Shown piece after piece: positions 53,945 to 64,000 of a stretch of 64,000 bases of DNA. The DNA comes from an uncultured virus (IMG/VR IMGVR_UViG_3300031547_000001) (taxonomy: Duplodnaviria; Heunggongvirae; Uroviricota; Caudoviricetes). A program made the position numbers and the translations under genes. Every line of letters begins with the position of its first letter. Positions within the stretch are counted from its first letter, which is position 1. Location: the IMG/VR virus record IMGVR_UViG_3300031547_000001; one strand, given 5' to 3'. The notes beneath the pieces are model-generated. The model was given only the letters and a program-made list of their open reading frames with translations. It searched no databases and was not told the origin of the DNA.

Positions 53945-55507
53945 ATGCCCAATCTCGCTCTCCTGCGGAAGTCCCTCGTGGAACTGGACAAGGCCAAGCC
54001 TGCCTACATCGAGGCTGGTCAGTTCTACGACGGGACGTTCGCAGAGCCGTTCCAGTCGCTCATGATGCAGCGCATGCTCATCCTGGCGAACCCCAACTAC
54101 AAGATGGTCCTCAGCGCCGTGCCGGTTGACGCCGTCGTGGAGAAGCTGGAGATCGTCGACGTTCAGGCGTCAACCCCTGAGGGCACCGAGGTCCTTCAGG
54201 ACGACATCTGGAAGCCGAACAACCTTCGGCTGGAGCACAAGCCCGCCATCCTCGCTGCCGAGAAGTACGGCGACGCCTACCTGTTCGTGTGGCCCGAGGA
54301 CACCGAGTACGAGGTGGTCGAGTCCGACAACGAGGACGTCGCTGCCGAGGAGGCTGCTGACGAGGTAGAGGTCGAGACCTCCATCTCGATCACGTACCAG
54401 TCGCCCTTCAAGGTGCGTGTGTTCTACGACGAGGCCAACCCGCGCAAGAAGACGCACGCCGTCAAGCGGCTCAAGACCGGCAAGGGCAAGCAGGAGTGCG
54501 CCTGGCTGTACTACGCCGACGGCCGCATCGAGAAGTACGAGACTCCCGTCAACAAGTGCACCATCGACGCGTTCTACTACGTCGAGGACGTCGAGAACGA
54601 GATGGACGAGATCCCCTTCGTCCACCTGCGCAACGACTTCCCGTATGGTCGGCCCCTGCACGAGAAGGCGTACGGCCCGCAGAACGCGCTGACCAAGCTC
54701 ACGGTCAACCAGCTCAGCGGCTCCGACTTCGACGCGTTCCCGCAGCGCTGGGCTCTGGCCAAGACCAAGGGCCTGACCGGCGGAGACGACATCGACTGGG
54801 ATGGCGACGACAGCACCGTGCCGGACAAGGAGGGCAACACCCTGTCGACGCTCACCAGCGGACCCGGGCGCATCTGGGACCTGTCGGGCTTCGACTCGGT
54901 GGGGCAGTTCTCCACGGGTGACGTCGGCCAGTTCCTGGAGCCGATGGACTACTACGTCAAGCTGATGGCTAGCGCCACGGGTACGCCGCTCCACTACTTC
55001 ACCTCGGACACCTCGGGTGGTGGAACGCCCACGGGCGAGTCGATCCGCCAGCGTGACGCGCGCCTGAACACCAAGGCGGAGTGGCACCAGAAGACTCTGA
55101 GCAACGGCTTCGAGGAAGCCCTGCTCATGGGCATGGATTACCTGGGCTACGAGGACGAGTCGGTCAGCATCAAGTGGAAGCCGATCGAGTACGTCACCGA
55201 GGAGGAGAAGCTCGCCCTCGTCGAGAAGAAGGTCGCCATCGGCATCCCGCTCGCCGTGGCCCTGGCTGAGGCCGGGTACGACGAGGACACCGTCCGCCAG
55301 TGGACCACCGGACAGCCCAACGAGGACGAGCTCACGGCCCGAATCGCGATGCTGGCTCAGATGGGTGACGCGCTCCAGAAGATCGGTACCGCCGCCACCC
55401 TGGGCATCGACATGACCGACGTCAACGAGATCGTCAAGGCGCTGCTGGGCAAGTTCCAGGGGCTCAACGACCAGGACGACGCGGAAGAGGAAGAGCAGGA
55501 GGCGTAA
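53945..55507 (+). CDS. portal protein (SPP1 gp6-like)
   Basis: Follows the terminase; V..V.EKL, YGDAYL.VW, IPFVHL.N, FPQRW, TGES motifs. Confidence 0.85.
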   Translation: MPNLALLRKSLVELDKAKPAYIEAGQFYDGTFAEPFQSLMMQRMLILANPNYKMVLSAVPVDAVVEKLEIVDVQASTPEGTEVLQDDIWKPNNLRLEHKPAILAAEKYGDAYLFVWPEDTEYEVVESDNEDVAAEEAADEVEVETSISITYQSPFKVRVFYDEANPRKKTHAVKRLKTGKGKQECAWLYYADGRIEKYETPVNKCTIDAFYYVEDVENEMDEIPFVHLRNDFPYGRPLHEKAYGPQNALTKLTVNQLSGSDFDAFPQRWALAKTKGLTGGDDIDWDGDDSTVPDKEGNTLSTLTSGPGRIWDLSGFDSVGQFSTGDVGQFLEPMDYYVKLMASATGTPLHYFTSDTSGGGTPTGESIRQRDARLNTKAEWHQKTLSNGFEEALLMGMDYLGYEDESVSIKWKPIEYVTEEEKLALVEKKVAIGIPLAVALAEAGYDEDTVRQWTTGQPNEDELTARIAMLAQMGDALQKIGTAATLGIDMTDVNEIVKALLGKFQGLNDQDDAEEEEQEA

Positions 55508-55510
55508 CAG

Positions 55511-56566
55511 ATGGCCCAGGTCGATCCCGAGGCTCTCATCGAGCTGATTCAGGGCAAGCAGATCGAGGCGCTCCAGACGATCGAGAACCGGGCGGTCCGC
55601 TCTGCTACCCTGGCGGGCTTCACGGAGATCGACGACGCCATCCGCACCGCAACCCAGAACTGGGTCAAGGCGTTCGGCTCGGCCTCTGCAGAAGGAGAGG
55701 CCGGGTCGGCGCTGGCGTCCATGATCCGGGAAGCAGGCGGCTCCGTCACCAAGTCTCTGGCTGGCGTCCATGGTGGCGCGGTCAAGGCGATGAACGGCGC
55801 AATGGAGGAGGCGATGAAGCTCGCCCTCGGCCAAAGCGCTACGCTGGTCGCTCAGGCCTCGGGAGAGGCCGCCCCTCAGGTTTCCCTTCCCGACCCGCCC
55901 GCAGCCGCTAAGGCGGACGCTCAGGCCGCAGGGAAGACCGTCAAGGCGGCTGAGGCGACGGCCAAGAAGCTGCTGAACCCGACGACGGTGCTCCGACTTG
56001 GACTGCGAGGGCTGCTGGCACCACTGGCCACGGCTCGTTCTGCAATCACCGCTATCCAGCGAATGATCTCCGTGAACGTCAACAGAGCTGTGGACGAGGC
56101 AACCAAGGCGACAGCCAAGGCTCTGCCCAAGGACGACGAGCCCAAGCTCGAAGTCTGGGTATGCAGCCGAGATGCCTGCGTTCGGTGCACAGCCTATGCT
56201 GGAGAGATTATCGCTGAGGGGAAGAACTTCCCCGGCGGCCTGTCGTGGGATCCAAAGTCCCGTGAAAAGAGCGCTCCTGCTGTGCGCCCTCCTCTCCATC
56301 CCAATTGTCGATGCCGGACTGTTCCATGGAAGGCATCGTGGAAGAAGCCGGGGCAGGTATCCTTGCCCGAGGCCGCACGACGAGAGGCCGAGCGATCGAT
56401 AGCACGAGGATTCTCGCTGCCTTCCGAAAGCAACGCATCTCGAGTTCGTGCACTGAAGGAATTGTTGAAGACGAATCCTCAACTGCCTAAGACTGTTCTC
56501 GAGTCCGCTCGCAAGGCGGCCGAGAAGGGGACCTTCCCCAAGGGTCGGAGCGTTCCGACTCCATAA
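55511..56566 (+). CDS. MuF-like minor head / capsid maturation protein
   Basis: DAC.RC...G and PPLHPNCRC. Confidence 0.8.
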   Translation: MAQVDPEALIELIQGKQIEALQTIENRAVRSATLAGFTEIDDAIRTATQNWVKAFGSASAEGEAGSALASMIREAGGSVTKSLAGVHGGAVKAMNGAMEEAMKLALGQSATLVAQASGEAAPQVSLPDPPAAAKADAQAAGKTVKAAEATAKKLLNPTTVLRLGLRGLLAPLATARSAITAIQRMISVNVNRAVDEATKATAKALPKDDEPKLEVWVCSRDACVRCTAYAGEIIAEGKNFPGGLSWDPKSREKSAPAVRPPLHPNCRCRTVPWKASWKKPGQVSLPEAARREAERSIARGFSLPSESNASRVRALKELLKTNPQLPKTVLESARKAAEKGTFPKGRSVPTP

Positions 56567-56581
56567 CAAGGAGATACGCGT

Positions 56582-57433
56582 ATGTCGAAGAACCTGGTAC
56601 GCCCCGGCATGGCGCCTGCTCTGTCCGCCCCGTCTCTCCTGGAGGGTGGCGTCGAGGAACTGGTGACCGGCTGGGCCCACCCGTACTCCGTGTCCGACCC
56701 GTTCATGCCCTGGCACGCCGACGGCGGCGAGGCAGAGGACGAGGACGAGGGCGAGGAGGACGACAAGGGGTCGGAGGAAGACGACACCGAGGACGACGAC
56801 CTCGAAGACGACGAGGACGCGGGCAAGAGCCCCGAGGAACTCGCCGCCGAGGTCAAGCGACTCCGTGCCGCCTACCTGAAGAAGCTCCGCCAGGGCAAGA
56901 ACCGCTCGACCCGCATCCAGGCTCTGGAGGCGGACAAGCAGACCTACGACACCAAGCTCGCCGAGCTGACCGAGGAGCTCAAGTCTCTCCGGGAGCAGGG
57001 CGGTGCATCGGGCGAGGTCGACAAGGCCGCTCAGGATCGCATCAACGACCTGATCGCTGCGGCCAAGGAGGAGGGCAAGAACTCCTTCAAGCCGGTGGTC
57101 ATTCGGATGGCCGCGCGTTCGGAGCTCATGGCTGCGGGCGCTCGTGCCACGGTGGTGGACCGCCTCGTCAGGATGGTGGACGTTGAGGACGTCGACATCG
57201 ACGACGAGGACGGGTCCATCGACCTGACTGACCAGGTCCTCCAGCTCAAGAAGGAACTCCCGGAGCTCTTCGGCCCCGTCCGTGCCCGCACCAAGACCAA
57301 GCCCAAGGGCGAGGCCAGCACCTCCGCCAAGGCGAAGGCTGCCGGTGGCGGGGACGGCGGGGACGAGGGTGCCCAGGAGGTCGTCAAGACCGCGACCCAG
57401 AAGGCAGCCGACCGGCTGCGCGGGATCAAGTAG
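56582..57433 (+). CDS. scaffolding protein
   Basis: Acidic N-terminus, coiled coil, LK...PELF; before the capsid gene. Confidence 0.8.
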   Translation: MSKNLVRPGMAPALSAPSLLEGGVEELVTGWAHPYSVSDPFMPWHADGGEAEDEDEGEEDDKGSEEDDTEDDDLEDDEDAGKSPEELAAEVKRLRAAYLKKLRQGKNRSTRIQALEADKQTYDTKLAELTEELKSLREQGGASGEVDKAAQDRINDLIAAAKEEGKNSFKPVVIRMAARSELMAAGARATVVDRLVRMVDVEDVDIDDEDGSIDLTDQVLQLKKELPELFGPVRARTKTKPKGEASTSAKAKAAGGGDGGDEGAQEVVKTATQKAADRLRGIK

Positions 57434-57448
57434 CACGAGGAGCAGGAC

Positions 57449-57709
57449 ATGGCGATCGGCGCGGCTGAGGCCAAGTTCATCGCTGACCTGAAGGCGCACT
57501 GTGCGGCCGGAGCCAAGATCGCTGAGAACTACCTCAAGGCGAGCGACAGCTCCGACCGCCCGGCATCCGTCGTCAGCAGGGCGGCCAACATGATCTCCAG
57601 TCAGGCATACGAGATAGAAGAACTCGGACGCCTGGAGAAGTATCTCGAAGAAGGACCGAACGCCTCCAAGGAGGCAGCGGCTCGCCTTATGGGTGGGTAC
57701 GACTACTGA
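57449..57709 (+). CDS. hypothetical protein
   Basis: RBS GAGGAG. Confidence 0.65.
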   Translation: MAIGAAEAKFIADLKAHCAAGAKIAENYLKASDSSDRPASVVSRAANMISSQAYEIEELGRLEKYLEEGPNASKEAAARLMGGYDY

Positions 57710-57839
57710 TATCCCGCAATGGGGTATCATCTCCTTAGCGTCCGGTCGCTTGGCCGTGCGGAATGGCTCTGGTGGGTACCAGAAATGGGGTCCATCGGGG
57801 CCATTTGCATTTGACAATCTACGACAGAAGGAGTGGAGA

Positions 57840-58916
57840 ATGTCGGACATTCTCAACGCCCTCCAGGCCAAGCAGGCGCTGCGTGACGCCGAGCTGCAGG
57901 CCGCGAAGGTGTGGACCGAATTCGAGCCCGGCGACATCGTCGGCTACCGGAAGAACGGCCAGCCGATCTTCCACATCGCCGGTGGTGCGGCGGACAACTT
58001 CGACGACTGGATCCCGGAGGAGATGGACTCCGCTGTCATCCAGCGGGTCAACCAGGTCTCCGTCGTCGAGGCCCACGCGCGGCACACCCCGATGGGTACC
58101 GCGACCAAGAACGTTCCGCGCTCCAGCGGCATGGCCGTCAAGACCCTCAACAAGTCCGGCGCCTACGTCTCCTCGGACGACGAGAACGACGACATCCTGC
58201 TCACCGCGCGGAAGCACACCGGCCTCCTGACCGTCGCGGAGGAGGACCTGAACGACTCCGCCGCCGACATCATCGAGACCAAGAAGGTCGACTGGGCGAC
58301 TTCCTACGCGAAGTACTTCGACAACGCCTGCGTCGCCACCTCCGGCGCCGAGTCCTCGCCGACCGTCCCCTACACCTCTGTGTACCGGACGCTCACGCAG
58401 ACCGACGCGCCGCTGGGCTACACCGCCAACCAGAACATCAACGGCTCCGTGGTCGCCGGTCAGGTCTCGTACGACGAGCTGTCCGACACCTTCGGCGTCT
58501 ACGAGGACGGCGACTACTTCGACGAGTCGATGACCATCGTCCTCGCTCACCCGACGTTCCGCAAGCAGCTCCGCAACGTCAAGGACGACCAGGGCATGCC
58601 CATCTTCGTCCGTGGCCAGGGCGGCGACCGTGGGACGCCGGACACCCTGTTCGACGCGCCGATCTACTGGAGCAACGGCCTCCGCGTGTCCGCCACGGCG
58701 ACCGCGACCCCTGCCGGTGCCCCGCTCCTGGTGGTCTGCAACCGGGAGTACCTGGTCGTCGGTGACCGTTCGCCGGTCGAGACCCAGCCGATCCCGGCCG
58801 CGATCTCCACGACCGACGAGGCCAACATCAAGACCCGAGTCCGCAAGGGCTTCGCGGTCGGCCACCCGCGTGCGTTCGCGATCCTCATCGACGACGGCTC
58901 CGGCCTGAACTCGTAA
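57840..58916 (+). CDS. major capsid protein (HK97 fold)
   Basis: IPEE, EEDLNDS, LRNVKDDQG.PIF, R.GF.V.HP.AF; strong codon bias. Confidence 0.9.
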   Translation: MSDILNALQAKQALRDAELQAAKVWTEFEPGDIVGYRKNGQPIFHIAGGAADNFDDWIPEEMDSAVIQRVNQVSVVEAHARHTPMGTATKNVPRSSGMAVKTLNKSGAYVSSDDENDDILLTARKHTGLLTVAEEDLNDSAADIIETKKVDWATSYAKYFDNACVATSGAESSPTVPYTSVYRTLTQTDAPLGYTANQNINGSVVAGQVSYDELSDTFGVYEDGDYFDESMTIVLAHPTFRKQLRNVKDDQGMPIFVRGQGGDRGTPDTLFDAPIYWSNGLRVSATATATPAGAPLLVVCNREYLVVGDRSPVETQPIPAAISTTDEANIKTRVRKGFAVGHPRAFAILIDDGSGLNS

Positions 58917-58929
58917 GGCGCGGCCCTAC

Positions 58930-59007
58930 GTGGGCGCCTAAGGCCCGAACACGGACGGCCCGGTACCCGGCGAGGGTGCCGGGCCGTTCGCTCGTTACGC
59001 GCCCACC
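58930..59007 (+). terminator. long hairpin after the capsid gene
   Basis: GTGGGCGC...ACGGCCCGGTACCC-GGCGA-GGGTGCCGGGCCGT...GCGCCCAC. Confidence 0.55.
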
Positions 59008-59037
59008 TAGCCCGCATTACGACCCGAGGAGGGCGGC

Positions 59038-59496
59038 ATGGCAAGCACCTGGGCGACGCCCGTTGAGGCGTCACAGATCGCCGGTGTTGCGATCTATCAG
59101 TCGGACCTGGACAGCGCCCAGTCCATCATCGACCTGTTCACCGACATCCACTATGGCATCAAGGATCAGCTGGAGGACCGCACCCTCCGCATCCTGAAGC
59201 AGGCTGTCTCCTGGCAGGCCAAGTGGCAGAAGGAGCACGGCGACGAGTTCGGCACGACAGGGCCGGAGAAGACCAGCGAGACTCTCGGCGACTACAGCTA
59301 CAGCAATGCATCTCCGGGTGCAGGTAGCGGCGGATCGACCGAGGACCAGGCGATCATCTCGCCGATCGCTCAGCGCTGGCTCACCAAGCTCAAGTGGAAG
59401 CGGACCCGCACGATCGACCCGCTCACGCCCGGCGAACGCTGGACGGCTGAGAACGGCGACCTCGACGGGCTGATCCCCTGGAGGCCGGTGCTGTGA
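59038..59496 (+). CDS. head-to-tail adaptor
   Basis: Synteny; SETLGDYSYS motif. Confidence 0.75.
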   Translation: MASTWATPVEASQIAGVAIYQSDLDSAQSIIDLFTDIHYGIKDQLEDRTLRILKQAVSWQAKWQKEHGDEFGTTGPEKTSETLGDYSYSNASPGAGSGGSTEDQAIISPIAQRWLTKLKWKRTRTIDPLTPGERWTAENGDLDGLIPWRPVL

Positions 59497-59840
59497 CCAG
59501 CATGACGTCGCACCTGTTGAAGCAGCGAGCGGACATCTACAGGCGGACCCAGGTCAGCGATGGCCAGGGCGGCTACACCACCTCGATGTCCCTCGTCAGC
59601 GCCAACGTCCGGTGCAAGATCGACCAGGCGTCCGGCGCCGAGCAGTTCGAGGCCCAGCAGGCCGGGGGCACCATGACCCACAAGGTCTATCTGGAGCACG
59701 ACGAGAACATCCGGCGCGGTGACGAGGTTCGCCGCCTGGGGAAGGCGTACCGCGTCGATCTCGTCTACGAGCCCAGCACCCCCGGCGTCTATCGGCGCGC
59801 GGACTCCGAGCTTCTCCAAGAGGAAGGCGAGGACATCTGA
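59493..59840 (+). CDS. head-to-tail stopper
   Basis: SDGQGG, IRRGDEV; synteny. Confidence 0.75.
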   Translation: MTSMTSHLLKQRADIYRRTQVSDGQGGYTTSMSLVSANVRCKIDQASGAEQFEAQQAGGTMTHKVYLEHDENIRRGDEVRRLGKAYRVDLVYEPSTPGVYRRADSELLQEEGEDI

Positions 59841-60187
59841 TGGGCATCAACGCACGCGGCATCGGCGGGGCTCGTCGCCGTCTGGAGCAGATCGCCGACC
59901 GCATCGCTGGCGCCACCGACAAGGCCTGCGAGGAGTTCGCAGAGGAGGCCAAGGACCACATGAAGGGCATTGTGCCTGTGGACACCGGCGTCCTGAAGGA
60001 ATCCATCGAGGTCGTGAAGGTCGGCGACACGTGGACGGTCGGACCGCGCGGAGTCGACTACGCGGTGTTCGTGGAGAACGGTACGAGCCGTTCTCCGGCC
60101 CAGCCGTATGTCGAGCCTACGATTCAGTGGGCCAAGCAGGTTGGACCCAAGAGGATCGCTCGTAAGATCGAGGGGGCGATCACGTGA
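59840..60187 (+). CDS. HK97 gp10-like neck/tail component
   Basis: PVDTG.LK.SI, YA.FVE.GT, AQPY. Confidence 0.85.
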   Translation: MGINARGIGGARRRLEQIADRIAGATDKACEEFAEEAKDHMKGIVPVDTGVLKESIEVVKVGDTWTVGPRGVDYAVFVENGTSRSPAQPYVEPTIQWAKQVGPKRIARKIEGAIT

Positions 60188-60591
60188 CGACCGCGCTGAT
60201 CCCGTTCAACGAGCTGCAGAAGCAGATGTTCACCGCGCTCAACGGCAACATCTCGGCTGCGGTCTACGACAATGTGCCGGAGAACGTCACCAAGCCGTGG
60301 GTCATCATTGGCGAGGCGACTGGAATTCCGGACAACTGGCACGGTGGTTTTGGCTGGGACGTAACCGCCACGGTCCATGTGTGGACGAAATCCCGAGGAT
60401 TCAAGTCCGCTCTGGATATCGCGGCTGAGGTGATTGCCATCTTCGATCACCAGATCGAGAGCCTGGCAGTGCCAGCATCGTGGTCGGTAGTCTCCATCCG
60501 ATTCATGCAGCTCCAGACGCTGCGCGACCCTGACCCCGAGATCCGCCACGTGCCGGTACAATTCGGGATAGTGATTCACCAAGAGGCGTGA
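60184..60591 (+). CDS. tail terminator (DUF3168-like)
   Basis: VYDNVP...PWV.IGE, VHVW, RDPD..RH. Confidence 0.8.
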   Translation: MTTALIPFNELQKQMFTALNGNISAAVYDNVPENVTKPWVIIGEATGIPDNWHGGFGWDVTATVHVWTKSRGFKSALDIAAEVIAIFDHQIESLAVPASWSVVSIRFMQLQTLRDPDPEIRHVPVQFGIVIHQEA

Positions 60592-60649
60592 GCCTATGCC
60601 ATCTCGGTGTACCGGTAGAGTTCATCCCAGTAAGGAAAGGTAGAACGAC

Positions 60650-60994
60650 ATGGCTAACCTCACGACCATCCCGATCCTTCCGTCGGTCGGCCGCGTGGAT
60701 GTCGTGGCTGCTCTCGTAGCGGCTGCGTCCCTCGGCGACTCGGCGGAGGTCGGGACGGGCAAGTTCCTCGCGGTGAACAACGGCGGTGGCTCGCCCATCA
60801 CCGTCACCATCGCCACCCCGGGCACGACTAAGGGCTTCGCCATCGCGGACGGCTCCTACGCCGTGGCGGCGGGCAAGCTCTGCATCGTGCCCCTGAACGA
60901 CGTCTTCCGTGGCGGTGACGGCCGTGCCGCCATCACCTACTCCGGCGTGACCTCCGTGACCGTCGGCGTGTTCGACATCGGGACGGTGATCTAA
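60650..60994 (+). CDS. virion structural protein (putative)
   Basis: Small beta-rich protein before the tail tube gene; V.NGGGSPITVT. Confidence 0.6.
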   Translation: MANLTTIPILPSVGRVDVVAALVAAASLGDSAEVGTGKFLAVNNGGGSPITVTIATPGTTKGFAIADGSYAVAAGKLCIVPLNDVFRGGDGRAAITYSGVTSVTVGVFDIGTVI

Positions 60995-60995
60995 C

Positions 60996-61430
60996 ATGGC
61001 TGGACAGGACGCATGGGGTACCCAGTTCAAGCGGGACTCCACCGGCGGCGGCGTGTACGTCGTCATCGCGAACGTCACGGACATCTCGGGTCCGAGCCGT
61101 GAGCGGGAGGCCATCGAGGTCACCGCGCACGACTCGCCGAACCAGTACCGCGAGTTCGTCAAGGGCCTCAAGGACGGCGGCGAGGTCGAGCTCACGCTCA
61201 ACTACCAGCCGAACGTCGCCTCCGTCGCCGCGCTCGACGCGGACTTCGAGGAGGACGACCTCCGCAACTACCAGATCGTCATCAACCCCGGCAAGGCGGG
61301 CAGGGAGTTCACCTGGACGTTCTCGGGCCTCATCACGTCTCTTGGGGACGAGTTCCCCCATGACGACAAGGCTGAGCGCACCGTGACGGTCAAGATCTCC
61401 GGTAAGCCCCTCCTGGCCCAGACCGCGTAA
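60996..61430 (+). CDS. major tail (tube) protein
   Basis: I.GP...E.IEVT, REF..GLKDGGE, TVKISGKP. Confidence 0.85.
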   Translation: MAGQDAWGTQFKRDSTGGGVYVVIANVTDISGPSREREAIEVTAHDSPNQYREFVKGLKDGGEVELTLNYQPNVASVAALDADFEEDDLRNYQIVINPGKAGREFTWTFSGLITSLGDEFPHDDKAERTVTVKISGKPLLAQTA

Positions 61431-61442
61431 GGGATCAGCATC

Positions 61443-61847
61443 ATGGCACTTCTGGGCAAGGACCAGATCAACGCAGTAGTGGACCGCAAGTGGGAAGACG
61501 TGCCCGTCCCCGAGTGGGGCGGCGACGTGCGACTCATGGAGCTCTCCGCTGCGGATCGCGGATACATCGAAGCTGGGTCCGTTGTGGCCCAGGGGCAGAC
61601 GCCGCAGCTGCGGGTCGAGTCGCTCAAGACGTACCGCGAGAAGCTCGTCATGTTCGGCCTGGTGGACGAGAACTTCAACCGGCTGTTCTCCAACAAGGAG
61701 ATCGTCGACCTGGGGAAGAAGTCCGGTGCCGTCATCGAGCGTCTGGCCGCCAGGATCCAGGAGCTGTCCGGCATGGGCCGCTATGCACAGAAGGCAGCGG
61801 AGGGAAACTCCGACGCCGTCCCGAGCGGCTCTTCCGATTCCGACTAG
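61443..61847 (+). CDS. tail assembly chaperone (gpG)
   Basis: VPVPEWGG.V; between the tail tube and tape measure genes. Confidence 0.85.
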   Translation: MALLGKDQINAVVDRKWEDVPVPEWGGDVRLMELSAADRGYIEAGSVVAQGQTPQLRVESLKTYREKLVMFGLVDENFNRLFSNKEIVDLGKKSGAVIERLAARIQELSGMGRYAQKAAEGNSDAVPSGSSDSD

Positions 61848-62155
61848 CCGAGCATCTCGGCATGACGGTGGCTGACCTGGAGTCTCGTCTCGGGTCGGCC
61901 GAGCTGACCGAGTGGATGGCATTCGAAAGGATGACCGGTCCACTCGGTCGGCGTCGGCAGGACATCCAAGCAGCCACCATCGCGGCGACAGTCGCCAATG
62001 CGAACAGGGGCAAGAAGTCCAAGCCCTTCAAGATGCAGGACTTCCTGATCCCGTACGGAGAGAGCCGGGAGAAGACCCCGGACCAGATGCTGGAGGCCAT
62101 CCGCCAGCTCAATGCGTCAATGGGAGGTGAAGAAATTGTCGGATGTAGTGATTGA
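61802..62155 (+). CDS. tail assembly chaperone gpGT extension via -1 frameshift
   Basis: Slippery G GGA AAC at 61802-61808 in frame; the -1 frame is open to 62155 (RLAEHLGMTV...EL.EWMAF). Confidence 0.85.
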   Translation, partial: GKLRRRPERLFRFRLAEHLGMTVADLESRLGSAELTEWMAFERMTGPLGRRRQDIQAATIAATVANANRGKKSKPFKMQDFLIPYGESREKTPDQMLEAIRQLNASMGGEEIVGCSD

Positions 62156-63878
62156 GATCGATGCCGACCTCGGCGCCACGTCCCAGACAATCAACAGCGC
62201 GGCCGACAGCCTGGACGACCTGGGCGACGCGGCCAATGCTGCGGGCTCCGACCTTGACGCGGCGGGGCAGGATGCCCAGGACAGCGGCCGTGGAATGCAG
62301 GCGATGGGCGTCGCCGCGCTGGGTGCAGGAGCCGCGATGGCTGACCTCGGTCAGACCGTCCAGGCGGCCTCCGACCTGTACAACATCGCCGACCGCCGGG
62401 CAGCCGCCCTGGCACAGGCACAGCTCGATGTTGAGCAGTCCTCGCAGGACATGGAGCAGGCTCAGCGTGATGCGAGCCAGGCGACCATCGACCTGAAGCA
62501 GGCGAACGTCGACCTCAAGCAGGCGACGCTGGATGTCAACCAGGCCCAGAAGGACGGAGTCCAGGCGGGCATCGACGTCGAGCAGGCGGCCATCGACAAG
62601 AGGGCCGCGCAGGAGGACTACAACGACGCGGTCAAGGAGTTCGGCCCGGCCTCGGTTGAGGCGGCTCAGGCCGCGCTCGACATGAAGCAGGCGGACGCCG
62701 ACGCGGCTCAGGCCAAGCAGGACATGGAGCAGGCAACCCTCGACGGCGAGCAGGCTCTCACCGACGGCCTGAACGCGCAGGAGGCCAGCAAGCAGGCCGT
62801 CATGGACGGCAAGCAGGCGACTCTCGATGCCAAGCAGGCACAGCTGGATCTCAACGAGGCTCAGCGAGCGGCATCGGCTGCAGAGCTCAACAGCTCATGG
62901 ATCGGCATCGCGTCGTCTCTGACCTCCACGCTCTTCGGCCTCGTCGGCATGTTCTCCATCCTCGGCACGGCCTGGATCGGCACTGCCGCTACTGCCGTCG
63001 CCACGGCTGCGACCACCGCCACGGCCTGGGTAGGCTCGATGCTGACGATGGCGGCAACGGCCGTAACCACCGCTGTAACGACCGCAACGGCATGGGTGAG
63101 TGCCTGGGTCACGATGGGCGTGCAAGCGCTCGCTAACGCGGCCAGGGTGGCCCTCGCATGGATCATCGCGATGGGTCCGATCATCCTGATCATCGCGGCC
63201 GTCGTCGCACTGGTGGCCCTGATCATCTACAACTGGGACACCATCTGGGCCTACACCAAGAAGATCTGGGGATACGTCTGGGAGTTCCTCAAGGGGCTCT
63301 GGGACATGATCGTCAAGGTCTTCGTCGGTGCATTCGATCTGATCAAGTACCTGTTCTTCAACTTCAACCCGCTGGGCATCATCATCAAGAACTGGGGTCC
63401 GATCACGGACTTCATCAGTCAGCAGTGGGACAACATCGTGCGCAAGGTCTCGGGTGCCGTCTCCAGCATCAAGGGATTCTTCCACGGCATGTGGGACGGC
63501 GTTGTGGCGGGCCTCAAGTGGGCGCTCAACAACATCATCTCCACGCTCAACAATGGCATCTACGGAGTCAACCGGCTCATCGGTGGTGCTAACCGAATCC
63601 CTGGCGTCAACATTCCGTTCATTCCCTACATCCCCTTCCTCGCAGAGGGCGGCGTCACGACCGGGCCGACAATGGCCATGATCGGTGAAGGCCGTGAGCA
63701 GGAAGCCGTCCTTCCGCTGAGCAAGCTCCAGGGTATGCTTGACATGGCGGGAAGCGGCGGCGGACAGGCCGGACTCGTGTTCGAGTTCCGAGGTGGAAGC
63801 CGTGCCTTCCGGGAGTTCTTCCAGGAGTCCGTCCGCACCACCGCCGGTGGAAGTGTAGTCAAGTTCGCGGAGGGATAA
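62136..63878 (+). CDS. tape measure protein
   Basis: Ala/Gln-rich helical repeats, hydrophobic W-periodic region, LAEGG..GPT.AMIGE; TTG start after GGAGG. Confidence 0.85.
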   Translation: MSDVVIEIDADLGATSQTINSAADSLDDLGDAANAAGSDLDAAGQDAQDSGRGMQAMGVAALGAGAAMADLGQTVQAASDLYNIADRRAAALAQAQLDVEQSSQDMEQAQRDASQATIDLKQANVDLKQATLDVNQAQKDGVQAGIDVEQAAIDKRAAQEDYNDAVKEFGPASVEAAQAALDMKQADADAAQAKQDMEQATLDGEQALTDGLNAQEASKQAVMDGKQATLDAKQAQLDLNEAQRAASAAELNSSWIGIASSLTSTLFGLVGMFSILGTAWIGTAATAVATAATTATAWVGSMLTMAATAVTTAVTTATAWVSAWVTMGVQALANAARVALAWIIAMGPIILIIAAVVALVALIIYNWDTIWAYTKKIWGYVWEFLKGLWDMIVKVFVGAFDLIKYLFFNFNPLGIIIKNWGPITDFISQQWDNIVRKVSGAVSSIKGFFHGMWDGVVAGLKWALNNIISTLNNGIYGVNRLIGGANRIPGVNIPFIPYIPFLAEGGVTTGPTMAMIGEGREQEAVLPLSKLQGMLDMAGSGGGQAGLVFEFRGGSRAFREFFQESVRTTAGGSVVKFAEG

Positions 63879-63881
63879 GAG

Positions 63882-64000
63882 ATGCCGAGTCTGCCCCCGG
63901 ACGTGAAGGGGTATCTGTTCTACGACGGCGTGTGGAACGACGTCAGCAACAAGATGCGCCAGACCAGTCCGATCACCATTACCCGTGGCGCCGATAGCGA
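63882..64000 (+). CDS. minor tail protein, partial
   Basis: Directly after the tape measure gene; W.DVS...ITITRG. Confidence 0.7.
   Translation, partial: MPSLPPDVKGYLFYDGVWNDVSNKMRQTSPITITRGADS

Noticed and set aside
1..64000. Integrase/repressor lysogeny module or flanking host DNA
   Set aside because: No tyrosine or serine recombinase motifs and no host genes seen; a short part of the tail region lies outside the window, so absence is not fully proven

Overview
High-GC, actinobacterial (Streptomyces-type) siphovirus DNA, apparently most of a circularly permuted genome. The window starts at the end of the minor-tail genes and continues through lysis genes, a GDPD-domain tail fibre and a glycosylation cassette on the + strand. 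A long minus-strand arm follows with replication and nucleotide-metabolism genes (DinG, RuvC-like, ThyX, HU, MazG-like, DnaE, Nmad1, HAD, TerD, Sak4/AAA, Cas4-like exonuclease, SNF2 helicase, dCMP deaminase), then an early region of small genes behind about 18 copies of one promoter motif, and a primase-helicase. The + strand head/tail module (terminase to tape measure) closes the window. No integrase or repressor is visible. The standout observation is eight intact type II hammerhead ribozymes on the minus strand between 33.7 and 39.1 kb. Each sits in an intergenic gap and would cleave 40-47 nt upstream of the next start codon, so the early transcripts appear to cut themselves into cistron-sized RNAs. 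Two homologous ~200-nt structured leader RNAs, a three-member protein paralogue family and a tRNA-like RNA with an aberrant anticodon arm are also present. All product calls come from motif recognition by eye, not from database searches.
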